From the NCBI GenBank assembly GCA_963705525.1, contig CAVPJW010000004.1, positions 448,789-512,788 on the forward strand: DNA of 64,000 bases, written 5' to 3'. The translations under genes were made by a program, and so were the position numbers. This document shows positions 1 to 8,869 of this stretch, piece by piece (position 1 is the stretch's first letter; the number at the start of each line of letters is the position of its first letter). The notes beneath the pieces are model-generated. The model did not search any database. It was not told the DNA's origin and saw only the letters and a program-made list of their open reading frames with translations. Source of the DNA: an uncultured Acidobacteriota bacterium. Its GTDB lineage: Bacteria > Acidobacteriota > Vicinamibacteria > Vicinamibacterales > CAVPJW01.

Positions 1-170
1 ACGGTGACGATGCGCGTCGAGGACGTGCTTTCGATCGCTGATTGAAACCCGTCGAGAATCGCGCGCAGCGACGAGAACAGGAAAACGGCAATCGCCACGC
101 TCAGAATCGTGAGCGCGGTGCGCCGCTTGTTGCGCCGCGCGTTCTTGAAGAGGAGCGAGAAGTATTTCAT
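1..170 (-). CDS. ABC transporter permease (FtsX/MacB type), N-terminal fragment running off the window
   Basis: Minus-strand ATG at 170..168 overlaps the TGA of the upstream ATPase gene (ATGA). Translation [37 protein letters not shown] is the basic N-terminus plus first TM helix typical of MacB/LolE permeases. Absent from the ORF track because the window edge truncates it. Confidence 0.7.
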   Translation of the reverse strand, partial: MKYFSLLFKNARRNKRRTALTILSVAIAVFLFSSLRAILDGFQSAIESTSSTRIVT

Positions 171-862
171 CTGCCCGTCTCCAGTGCCTGCTGCTCGACG
201 AGCGACCCCTTCTCGAGGTGCAGCACGTGGCTGGCCCGCGCGACGGCATGAGGATCGTGGGTAACCATGACGACGGTCTTCCGGAATTCGGCGTTCAGCC
301 GCTGGACGAGCGTCAGCACGTCGGCCGCCGACGCGGCGTCGAGATCGCCCGTCGGCTCGTCGGCCAGAAGAACCGTGGGGTCTGTGACGATGGCGCGCGC
401 GATGGCCACGCGCTGCTCCTGACCGCCGGACAGCTGGCGCGGGTAATGGTCGGCGCGATCGGTGAGGCCGACGATCTCGAGGCCCGTCATCACATGCTCG
501 CGCCGCTCGCGCTTGGACAGGCTTGTCAGAAGGAGCGGAAGCTCGACGTTCTCAAATGCCGTGAGGACAGGAATGAGGTTGTACAGCTGAAAGATGAACC
601 CGATGTGTCGCGCGCGCCACGCCGCCAGTGCACCATCGGACAGCGTCGTGATGTCGGTGCCCGCGACGGAAATGCTGCCGCCAGAAGGCCGATCGATGCC
701 CGCGATCAAATTGAGGAGCGTGGACTTCCCCGACCCCGACGGTCCCATGAGCCCGAGGAAATCGCCTTCCGTGACGTCGATCGTCACATCTGCCAGGACG
801 GGAATCTCCAGCGCATCCCGTCGGTAGACCTTCGAGACGCCGCGCAGTTCGATGAGCGCCAT
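167..862 (-). CDS. ABC transporter ATP-binding protein (MacB/LolD-like)
   Basis: Walker [13 protein letters not shown] signature LSGGQEQR, Walker [13 protein letters not shown]-loop VTHD. 231 aa. Confidence 0.95.
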   Translation of the reverse strand: MALIELRGVSKVYRRDALEIPVLADVTIDVTEGDFLGLMGPSGSGKSTLLNLIAGIDRPSGGSISVAGTDITTLSDGALAAWRARHIGFIFQLYNLIPVLTAFENVELPLLLTSLSKRERREHVMTGLEIVGLTDRADHYPRQLSGGQEQRVAIARAIVTDPTVLLADEPTGDLDAASAADVLTLVQRLNAEFRKTVVMVTHDPHAVARASHVLHLEKGSLVEQQALETGR

Positions 863-866
863 CGCG

Positions 867-2150
867 CTATCGCTGCCCCCGAACCTTCACGAGCCCGCCG
901 TCGGTCACCCCTTCGGGCGGATTGAGGATGACCGCCTCGCCGGGCGCAATCCCCGACCGGACCTCGATCTGGTCGAGACGTTCCGTGCCGAGGCTGACCG
1001 CTCGAGACCGCGACGTGCCATCGATCACGACCCATACGGACGTCTGTCCCCCGCGCGTGACCACCGCCCGCTTCGGAATCAGCACAAGCGGTCCTTCATT
1101 CGAGGCAGCATGCTGACCCGCTGCGGTCGCCGCTCGTTCCTTGAAGGTCACCGTCGCCGTCATCTCGGGTTTGACGCGAGCGTCGGCATTGACGATGGTG
1201 ACACGCGCTTCCACGATGGCTTTGGCGCGATCCGCGGCCGGGAAGATCTGCCGCAGCCGACCCTCATAGGACATGTCGGGATAGGCCTGAAGCCTCACAT
1301 CGGCGGCCATGCGCGGACCGAGCTTCGCGACGTTCGTCTCGCTGATCTCGGTCTGCACTTCGAGATCCGACAGGTCCGCTATCTTGGCAATCGCGCCGCC
1401 ATCGCGCGTCGCCTGCCCCATGACGCCGAACGGCGAGACGGTTTCACCGACCTCCGCTCGCTTCGCGATGACGACGCCGTCGAATGGGGCTCGCACGTTG
1501 GTGTTCTCAATCGCTTCTTCGGCGACACGGACGCGCGCCAGGGCGCTCGCGAGCGCGGCCTGAGCCGATTCGACACGTGCGGCCGACACCTCGGCCGCGG
1601 CCTGCGCGCCGGTGACCGCCGCATCGGTGACAATGCCGTCCTTGCGAAGCGCCTGGAGGCGATCGAGATTGCGGCGATCCTCGGCGAGCGACGCCTGCGT
1701 CTGGGTCACCATCGCCCGGGCCTCGTCCACGGCGGTCCGCGAGGCGACGAGCTGCGCATCCAGATCGGCGTGCTCGAGGCGCGCAATCACCTGACCCGCT
1801 CGAACCGTGTCGCCCTCTTCCACGCCGAGATACCCGATGCGTCCACCGACTTTCCCGCCGACGTCCGAGCTGCGCCGCGCAACAACGTAGCCGCTCGCGA
1901 CCAGAACCGGAAGCGCCGCACCCGCGTCTCCGGGTGTGGTTGGAAGGCGCGTGGCCCTGACAATCTCAACCTCCGGTGCGCGGCGGGCGGCAAGATACGC
2001 GCCCGCGTAGGGGTACAACCCGATGGCAAGCGCCGCCAGGGCGGCCGCGATTGCCCAGGGAAGCCAGCGACGCCGAGGCCCATCGTCCCGGCGAATGCGA
2101 AGGCGCGACAGATCGGTGACAGGCATCCCCAGCGCCGAATCAATTGTCAC
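867..2150 (-). CDS. Efflux periplasmic adaptor subunit (HlyD/MacA family)
   Basis: N-terminal TM helix ([18 protein letters not shown]), long Ala/Gln/Arg-rich coiled-coil middle, beta-barrel C-terminus. Sits 4 nt upstream of the ABC ATPase on the same strand. Confidence 0.9.
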   Translation of the reverse strand: MTIDSALGMPVTDLSRLRIRRDDGPRRRWLPWAIAAALAALAIGLYPYAGAYLAARRAPEVEIVRATRLPTTPGDAGAALPVLVASGYVVARRSSDVGGKVGGRIGYLGVEEGDTVRAGQVIARLEHADLDAQLVASRTAVDEARAMVTQTQASLAEDRRNLDRLQALRKDGIVTDAAVTGAQAAAEVSAARVESAQAALASALARVRVAEEAIENTNVRAPFDGVVIAKRAEVGETVSPFGVMGQATRDGGAIAKIADLSDLEVQTEISETNVAKLGPRMAADVRLQAYPDMSYEGRLRQIFPAADRAKAIVEARVTIVNADARVKPEMTATVTFKERAATAAGQHAASNEGPLVLIPKRAVVTRGGQTSVWVVIDGTSRSRAVSLGTERLDQIEVRSGIAPGEAVILNPPEGVTDGGLVKVRGQR

Positions 2151-2225
2151 AGGTTACTGAGCGTGGAAGCAACGGCCGCGCTGACGTTCGGCGGCGCGAC
2201 GGAAACCGGCTGGCCAGCGCGCCAG

Positions 2226-2450
2226 TCAGCCTTCCTCTTCGTACTCTTCTTCGCCCGCCGGCCCCAGACGCGTCGAGGGGCGCAGTGCTTCGCGATGATC
2301 GTAGAGCGGAATGTCGCGCACGTGAAGACTCACGCCACACGCGGGCGATTTCTGATCGATGACGACCGTGACCGGACTGCCTTCAACGCCTTCGCGGAAC
2401 GCTACGCGGCAACCACAGGCGAGGCGGGCGTGGGTGAAACCCTTGAGCAT
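2226..2450 (-). CDS. Small hypothetical protein with acidic C-terminal tail
   Basis: 74-aa ORF with ATG start and strongly G/C-biased third codon positions, ending in EEEYEEEG. No family recognised. Confidence 0.45.
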   Translation of the reverse strand: MLKGFTHARLACGCRVAFREGVEGSPVTVVIDQKSPACGVSLHVRDIPLYDHREALRPSTRLGPAGEEEYEEEG

Positions 2451-2497
2451 CGTGACGCCCCTTCTGGTCCTCGGACAACAACTACCGAAGAATCATA

Positions 2498-3025
2498 CTA
2501 CAGCACGCCAAGGATCTCCTTCTCGAACTGCTCCTTGGTGGCCATGCCTGTGTGCTTCTTGCAGATGTTTCCGTCACGTCCGATGAGAAACGTCGTGGGA
2601 ATGCCCCAGATCGGCCCGTACGCGCTCTGAAAATCGTCCCGATCGACGCCGACCAGCACGGGGTAGTTCATCTTGAACTGATCGGCGAACGGCTTCAGCT
2701 TTTCCACTGGATCATCGACCGAGAGCCCCAGCACGAGGAGCCCCTTGTCCTTGTACTTCGTCTGCAGCTCGACGAACCCGGGAATCTCCAGCTTGCAGGG
2801 CCCGCACCACGTCGCCCAGAAATCGAGCAGGATGACCTTGCCCTTGTGCGCCGCGAGGTTGACGTCCTTGCCGTGCATGTCCTTGAGCGTGAAATTGAGA
2901 TTCGCCGGCTTCTGCTTTGCGTCGCAGACACCAGCCGCTTCCGCATCGGACACGCGAACAGACGGCAGCGTCAGCAACACGGCCGCAAGCGCCGCCGCTG
3001 CCGCTCCGATCCATCGCCACGCCAT
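2498..3025 (-). CDS. TlpA/ResA-like thiol:disulfide oxidoreductase (exported thioredoxin fold)
   Basis: FWATWCGPC active site. I chose the MAWRWIGAAAAALAAVLLTLP signal/anchor as start (ATG 3025), not the longer ORF-track start at 3124, which would overlap the upstream gene. Confidence 0.9.
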   Translation of the reverse strand: MAWRWIGAAAAALAAVLLTLPSVRVSDAEAAGVCDAKQKPANLNFTLKDMHGKDVNLAAHKGKVILLDFWATWCGPCKLEIPGFVELQTKYKDKGLLVLGLSVDDPVEKLKPFADQFKMNYPVLVGVDRDDFQSAYGPIWGIPTTFLIGRDGNICKKHTGMATKEQFEKEILGVL

Positions 3026-3065
3026 CGACTCGATCCTTTCTCTTTCAGGACGACCGTCCGTCCGC

Positions 3066-3818
3066 TCACTTCGTGCAGGTTCGTACGTATGATGCGAGGT
3101 GCTCGAGCTCCGGCCTGGTTTCACGCGCGACGAGGATATAGGTCTGCCCCCTCTCGGACCACATCAAGGCTTCGTGACCCATCACCTTGATTTCGTGGAA
3201 CGCCTCGCGCTTCTTGGGAACCACGAACAGCGAGACGTCGCGCCCCTGGTGTCGGTACATCAAGTGCGCCACGTCGCCGTCCGAGTAGCTGCAGCGGCGA
3301 GCGGTAATGAGCTGAAGACCCTCCTGGGACGATCCCGGCGGCACTCTCATCTGCCAGCCATATCGATCGGCCAGCCGCGCTTCGATCTCGCGAGGCTCGA
3401 TATTCACGGGAGCGCCCGTCACCTCGAAACACCGCACGTGATCGACCGTGAGCTGGGCCGCCAGCACCGTGGCCGAGCGGTCGGACAGCCAGAACGCGAG
3501 ACCGCCCGCCGCGAGCATGACCGTGGCCGCGACGGCCATGGGCAGCGCCCGGGCCTTGACACTCGGCGGAATCCATCCCGTCACCTGACTACGCAATTCG
3601 GCCGCGCAGCGCGAGTGAAGCGCGGTGGGGGCGGACGTGCGATTGAGGGTCTTGCAGCGAGCGCGGAGGACGTCGCGAGCAGTCGATTCGGCCTCCACCC
3701 GGTGCCGGCAGGGTGGGCAGGTGGCAAGATGGGCATCAACCCGAGCGCGGTCCGGGGGGGAGGCCTCGCCGTCCACGTATCGGGTCACCAGATGTTCAAC
3801 TTCGCGACAAGTAGCCAT
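3066..3818 (-). CDS. Anti-sigma factor, zf-HC2 (ZAS) type with one TM helix and an extracytoplasmic domain
   Basis: Start MATCREVEHLVTRYVDGE, HxxxCxxC motif (HLATCPPC), TM segment LPMAVAATVMLAAGGLAFWL. Immediately downstream of the ECF sigma gene. Confidence 0.85.
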   Translation of the reverse strand: MATCREVEHLVTRYVDGEASPPDRARVDAHLATCPPCRHRVEAESTARDVLRARCKTLNRTSAPTALHSRCAAELRSQVTGWIPPSVKARALPMAVAATVMLAAGGLAFWLSDRSATVLAAQLTVDHVRCFEVTGAPVNIEPREIEARLADRYGWQMRVPPGSSQEGLQLITARRCSYSDGDVAHLMYRHQGRDVSLFVVPKKREAFHEIKVMGHEALMWSERGQTYILVARETRPELEHLASYVRTCTK

Positions 3819-3874
3819 TCTGCCTCTATTGCTAAGACGCGCCACCAGGAGTCCAGGTCCCGCCGGACCGGCCC

Positions 3875-4468
3875 CTAACGCCCCCGGCTGACCACTTCCA
3901 GCCTGCGGAACTTGTCCGTGCGGGCCGTCAGCCGCTCGTAGAGCAGCCGTCGCCCCCGCGAAATCCGCGACATCACCGTGCCAACCGGCACGTCGAGCAT
4001 GCGCGCGATGTCCGCATACGAAAACTCCTCGACATCGCGGAGCCACACCGCTTCACGAAATGGCGAGGGCACGGCGTCGATGGCGACCTGGAGATCGGCA
4101 TCGAGCGACTCCCTCATGAGGATCTGCTCCGGCGTCTCGATCTGGCCGACCAGGTGGGCTTCGCTCCGCTCGACCAATTCACTGTCCACAATGGTTCCGT
4201 CGCGCGCTGCATCGCGCCGACGATTTCGAAAGGTGTTGTGGAGAATCGTGAACAGCCAGGCTTTGAGGTTGGTCCCGCGCTCGAAACGCTTTGCGAATCG
4301 GAACGCCTTCAGATAAGTCTCCTGCACCAGATCTTCGGCATCCGCCGGATTGCGCGTGAGGCGCATGGCCGTTCCGTACAAGGCATCGACGTAGCTCAAG
4401 GCCTCGGCCTCGAACGGGTCGCGCGGCCGGTCTGGCACGGTCGAAGGCGGCTCTCGTCGAAACAACAT
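3875..4468 (-). CDS. ECF (sigma-70 family) RNA polymerase sigma factor
   Basis: Region 2 [15 protein letters not shown]...[15 protein letters not shown] and region 4 [27 protein letters not shown] at 4468 preferred over the GTG at 4486. Confidence 0.9.
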   Translation of the reverse strand: MLFRREPPSTVPDRPRDPFEAEALSYVDALYGTAMRLTRNPADAEDLVQETYLKAFRFAKRFERGTNLKAWLFTILHNTFRNRRRDAARDGTIVDSELVERSEAHLVGQIETPEQILMRESLDADLQVAIDAVPSPFREAVWLRDVEEFSYADIARMLDVPVGTVMSRISRGRRLLYERLTARTDKFRRLEVVSRGR

Positions 4469-4865
4469 AGGCTCGACGCGCCGCACGACGGAAACCCGCC
4501 AGCGGCGTCGATTATTCCTCGGCGCGCCGCCGGTTTCCCGCTGCGACGCACGAGCGGGGCTCCAGCCACGCCCGACGTTCAGTATAGGTCAGGTCGCCGG
4601 ATTTCTACGGCGGGCCGGACGGTTCCGCCGTGCGCGTCACCCCGAGGTGTCGCTCTGCCCTTCAGGCGGGACAGGGCGAGGCGGCCGAGCACAGCGGCTC
4701 GCCGCAAATCGCACGATTTCGCGGACTCCATAGAGGCCAGGTCCCCGGCACACCTCTTGCTCGGCGAGGTTCCAACCATTGCAGCAACCGTCTGACCCAC
4801 AGTAAGATCGAGGGCATTCAAGTGCGAAGCCGCCCTGCCCTGCTTGACTCCACGAGGTGACCCAT

Positions 4866-7800
4866 ATGCGCACGCGCTCCGCACGCGGCGCTCTCGCGCC
4901 TTTGGCCGCTCCGCTGCTCGTCGGCCTGTTCCTGGTTTCGAGCGCCCAGGACGTCGGCGCGCAGACGCCGATCATTCCTTACTACGGGAAGAACCAGATT
5001 CACTACGACACGTTCGAGTGGTTCACCTATAAGACCGATCACTTCGAGATTTACTACTACCCCGAGATCGAGCAGCATCTGGAGCGCGTCGCGTCCTACG
5101 CGGAGAGCGCGTACCAGAAAGTCAGCGCCGACCTGAAGCACGACCTCGCGTTCAAGGTCCCGCTCGTCATCTTCAAGACGCACAGCGAGTTCGAACAGGA
5201 AAACATTATTCCGGGTGCGGCCCAGGAGGGCGTCGCCGCGTTTGCCGAACCCACGCGGTCGCGCATGGTGCTGCCGATCGACGAGCCGAGCGATCTCCTC
5301 TACGGCCTCATCGTCCACGAGCTGACGCACATCTTCGAGTTCGACATCATTCCGCAGGGCCTCATCCGACGCGGCGTCCCGCTCTGGATCAATGAAGGGT
5401 TGTCGGACTACGAGCGCGGAGACTGGCAGTCGAGCGACCTCACTACTGTACGCGATGCAGCTGTCGCTGACATCGTGCCGAAGATGAGCGAGCTCGAGGG
5501 TTACGGCGATTTCTCGAACCCCCGAATCATCTACAACCTGGGGCACGCGGTCTTCGAGTTCATCGAATCGCGCTGGGGCAAGGAAGGCATTCGCCAGTTC
5601 CTCTTTTCGCTCCGCAAGAGCGTCATCGGCGGGTCGGACGACGCGTACGAGGAAGCGCTCGGGCTGAAGCCCGACGAATTCGACCAGCAATTCGAAAAAT
5701 ATCTGAAGGACCGCTTCAAGCCGTTCCGCGACAAGGAACGGCCGGCCGACTACGGGCGCGATCTGGCGCCCAATCCGTCCAAGACGAAATATGTGAGCGT
5801 CATTTCGGTTGAGGCCTCGCCTTCCGGCGACCTCATTGCCGCGATGACCGGCAACCGCAAGGACCGGGAACTCGACATCGTTCTCCTGTCGGCGACGGAT
5901 GGATCGGTCGTGCGAAATCTGACCGAGGGGTTCGACAAGGATAAGGGCTTCGCCTACATCTCTTATCCTGCAGACCCGTCCCGCTTCAACGCGATGCCGT
6001 GGATGTCGTGGGCGCCGAACGGCGACCGGCTCGCCTATTTCGTGAGGACCGAGAAGGAAAAAACACTGATCGTCCAGAACGTGATCACGCGCAAGGTCGA
6101 AGAGCGCGTCGAGATGAAGCAGGTCGACGAGCCGGAGTCGCCGGATATCTCGCCCGACGGCCAGACCATCGCCTTCTCTGCGCTCAAGAATGGCATCAAC
6201 GACATCTACACCGTGAATCTCGCGACGCGCGAAATTACCAATCTCACGAGCGACGACTTCGCGGACTTCGCGCCCACCTATTCGCGAGATGGGAAGTACC
6301 TCATTTACGTGGCACGGATCAGCGGCAACCACAAGCTCTTCCGGTACGATCTCGATACCAAGAAAAAGACGCAGCTGACCTTTGGGACACACGACGATGG
6401 CGGCGCGCAGTTCATCGACGACTCGAGTATCGTCTTTCCGTCCACGGCGACGGATCCCACGGTTCCCATCACGCCGGAGATCGCGCGAAACGGCAACATC
6501 TACAACATCTGGACGCTCAACCTCACGACCGGCGCCCTCAATCAGTACACGGACACCATCGGCGCCAATGCCTCCCCGGTCGTGCTGTCCGGCGGCAAGA
6601 CGACGCGCATCGCGTTCGTGACGTATTACAAGGGCGAGTTCGGGCTCCACACGATTGAGCCGAAGGAACCCCTGCACTCGGTGGCCTCGGCCGACTTCGG
6701 GGCACCGGGCCCGATCATCGATTTTCAGGCGCCTCTCCAGCACACGATCGTGGCCGACAACAAAAAGAAGAAGGGCACCTTCGAGAAAATGTTCCTCGAC
6801 GGGCGCCCGCCCGTGGCCCTCGGCGTGACGAGCGGCGGCGACGTCTTCGGCGGCACGCAGATCTCCTTCAGCGATGTGCTGGGGGATCAGCAGTTCAACT
6901 TCTTTGCCGCGTCGGTGTCGCAGTATCGGACGCTGGCGTTCCAGTACGTCAACCTGGCCAAGCGCTTTCAGTGGGCCGGGCAGGCTTACTCGCAGACCCT
7001 CTTCTACTACGGGAACTACGGCGGCGTGTTCTACGACCCGGCCTACAGCGGCTTCATCGATCGCGATCTCGCGCTGGCGACGAGAACGGTCCGCGGCGGG
7101 AGTGTCGTCGGGAGCTATCCGTTCAACCGCTACGCCCGCGTCGAGCTCTCTACCGGCGTCTTCAATTTCGACGAGAGCTACAGCGATCCGGCGCTCGAAG
7201 AATTTTCACAGGACTACCAGGAATCGGTGTACGGAACACAGATCTTCCGGAACGGTACATTCGTGCCCTTCACGGCGGCATTCGTCCAGGAGACAACCGT
7301 CTTCCGCGAGTTCGGTCCGCTCGCCGGCAACACGGTGAGATTTGCCTACGAAGTCGCCCCCAAGATCGGCAACACGCTTTCCAAGCAGACGCTCGATCTC
7401 GACGCGCGGTATTACATGCGGATCGGCGGCTCGGGACTCCTGGCGACGCGATTCCGCGGATTCAAGAGCTGGGGCGACGCGCCGGACTTCCTGTTCTTCG
7501 GCGGCAACTCCGAGATGCATGGCTACGACTACCTGTCCTTCCTGGGCCAGAACGCGTTCTTCGCCGACGCTGAACTGCGCTTCCCGCTCGTCGAGGCGAT
7601 GCTGACGCCGATCGGCGTGCTGGGCGGCATTCGTGGGGTCTTCTTCTTCAACACGTCGCTCGCCGGCTTCGACGAACAGCCGTACAAATACTTCGAGAAC
7701 AAGGATCAGCTGTATACACCAGTCATCGGTTACTCGGTGGACCCGGTCACCGGCATACCGGCCGAGGTTTTCGGGCCGCCGACGACGATCTCCGGCTTCA

Positions 7801-7991
7801 GGCTTCAGGACGGACGCGCGTCATACGGGATCGGCCTCGAGACGTTCGCGTTGGGATTCCCCGTGCATTTCGACTGGGCGTGGCGCACGCTGTTCAACAA
7901 GCAATGGGAAGACGCGCTTTTTGCCTCGTCCGGAGGAAGCGCGGCGTTTCGGAACGTGCAGTTCCAGTTCTGGATCGGGTACGACTTCTAG
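4866..7991 (+). CDS. Outer-membrane fusion protein: HExxH metallopeptidase-like domain + PD40/TolB-like beta-propeller + Omp85/surface-antigen-like beta-barrel
   Basis: Signal peptide ending VGAQ. HELTH at nt 5316..5330. Repeated SPDG/APNGD/SRDGK propeller blades. C-terminal alternating aromatic strands ending ...FWIGYDF (terminal Phe typical of OMPs). GAGG lies 8 nt before the ATG at 4866. Confidence 0.88.
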   Translation: MRTRSARGALAPLAAPLLVGLFLVSSAQDVGAQTPIIPYYGKNQIHYDTFEWFTYKTDHFEIYYYPEIEQHLERVASYAESAYQKVSADLKHDLAFKVPLVIFKTHSEFEQENIIPGAAQEGVAAFAEPTRSRMVLPIDEPSDLLYGLIVHELTHIFEFDIIPQGLIRRGVPLWINEGLSDYERGDWQSSDLTTVRDAAVADIVPKMSELEGYGDFSNPRIIYNLGHAVFEFIESRWGKEGIRQFLFSLRKSVIGGSDDAYEEALGLKPDEFDQQFEKYLKDRFKPFRDKERPADYGRDLAPNPSKTKYVSVISVEASPSGDLIAAMTGNRKDRELDIVLLSATDGSVVRNLTEGFDKDKGFAYISYPADPSRFNAMPWMSWAPNGDRLAYFVRTEKEKTLIVQNVITRKVEERVEMKQVDEPESPDISPDGQTIAFSALKNGINDIYTVNLATREITNLTSDDFADFAPTYSRDGKYLIYVARISGNHKLFRYDLDTKKKTQLTFGTHDDGGAQFIDDSSIVFPSTATDPTVPITPEIARNGNIYNIWTLNLTTGALNQYTDTIGANASPVVLSGGKTTRIAFVTYYKGEFGLHTIEPKEPLHSVASADFGAPGPIIDFQAPLQHTIVADNKKKKGTFEKMFLDGRPPVALGVTSGGDVFGGTQISFSDVLGDQQFNFFAASVSQYRTLAFQYVNLAKRFQWAGQAYSQTLFYYGNYGGVFYDPAYSGFIDRDLALATRTVRGGSVVGSYPFNRYARVELSTGVFNFDESYSDPALEEFSQDYQESVYGTQIFRNGTFVPFTAAFVQETTVFREFGPLAGNTVRFAYEVAPKIGNTLSKQTLDLDARYYMRIGGSGLLATRFRGFKSWGDAPDFLFFGGNSEMHGYDYLSFLGQNAFFADAELRFPLVEAMLTPIGVLGGIRGVFFFNTSLAGFDEQPYKYFENKDQLYTPVIGYSVDPVTGIPAEVFGPPTTISGFRLQDGRASYGIGLETFALGFPVHFDWAWRTLFNKQWEDALFASSGGSAAFRNVQFQFWIGYDF

Positions 7992-8053
7992 CCGCCGATG
8001 CGTCGTCGATCATCGAGGCCGGGTGACACCGACGCGCCCGGCCCGCTGAAGCC

Positions 8054-8287
8054 ATGCCCTGCTGTTCGCGCGTCCTGACGCTCCTAGTGGACTACCTCGA
8101 AGGCCGGCTGACTCCGACCGTCCAGGCCGGCCTGGAGCGCCACCTCTCGGGCTGCGCGCGCTGCGTGGAATACGTCGACAGTTATCGATCCACAGTCTCA
8201 CTGCTGCACTCACTGACGGAGAACGACCTGCCGCCCGAGCTGCGACATCGGTTGACGGCCTTCATCGATCACGCCGCGCGCAATTAG
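8054..8287 (+). CDS. Stand-alone zf-HC2 (putative anti-sigma/ZAS) zinc-finger protein
   Basis: 77 aa with HxxxCxxC (HLSGCARC) and no TM segment. Confidence 0.75.
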   Translation: MPCCSRVLTLLVDYLEGRLTPTVQAGLERHLSGCARCVEYVDSYRSTVSLLHSLTENDLPPELRHRLTAFIDHAARN

Positions 8288-8292
8288 ACCTT

Positions 8293-8371
8293 CGACCCGC
8301 GAACCACCGAACCGCCGAACCATCGGACTCTGGAACCTCGGAACCCTGGAACCTTGGGACCCTGGAACCCT
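8293..8371. repeat. Tandem degenerate 8-bp repeat (about 9-10 units, core GGAACC/CGAACC)
   Basis: CGAACCAC CGAACCGC CGAACCAT CGGACTCT GGAACCTC GGAACCCT GGAACCTT GGGACCCT GGAACCCT, read directly at 8300..8371. Intergenic. Confidence 0.85.
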
Positions 8372-8383
8372 TACAATCTCCCC

Positions 8384-8869
8384 ATGTCCCTGACGCCAAA
8401 GCGCGCTTCCGAATCGGCCACAGAAATGGTGCAGGTCGTGCTGCCGAACGATGCGAACCCCCTCGGGTTCATCCTCGGCGGCACCGTGATGCATCTCATC
8501 GACATCGCCGGCGCCATCGCCGCGCATCGACACACACGAACCCTGCTCGTTACGGCGGCCGTCGATGGCCTGCAGTTCCTGCATCCCATCAAGGTCGGCG
8601 ATCTGATCCTTCTGAAGTCGCGCGTCACGTGCACGTTCACCACGTCGCTCGAGGTCGAAGTGGACGTCTTCTGCGAGGAAACGCTGACGGGCGTGCGCCA
8701 GCTGACGAGCCACGCCTACCTGACGTTCGTCGCCATCTCGAAGGACGGCGAGCGGTTGAAGGTACCGCCACTGCTCGTTGAAACAGACGAGGAACGACAG
8801 CGCTGTGAAGAGGCGGGACGACGGCGGGCGGAGCGGTTGGAGAAGCGGGCGCCGCGAACGGACCGTTAG
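8384..8869 (+). CDS. Acyl-CoA thioesterase (hotdog fold, YciA-like)
   Basis: VLPNDANPLGFILGGTVMHLIDIAGAIAA motif block. Start MSLTPKR at 8384, because the ORF-track start at 8354 lies inside the tandem repeat. Confidence 0.9.
   Translation: MSLTPKRASESATEMVQVVLPNDANPLGFILGGTVMHLIDIAGAIAAHRHTRTLLVTAAVDGLQFLHPIKVGDLILLKSRVTCTFTTSLEVEVDVFCEETLTGVRQLTSHAYLTFVAISKDGERLKVPPLLVETDEERQRCEEAGRRRAERLEKRAPRTDR

Noticed and set aside
4818-6743. 641-aa ORF on the minus strand opposite the large OMP gene
   Set aside because: Arg/Asp/Val/Gly-rich, low-complexity translation with no recognisable motifs. It is typical of the antisense shadow ORFs that arise in high-GC DNA. The plus-strand frame has clear domain signatures.
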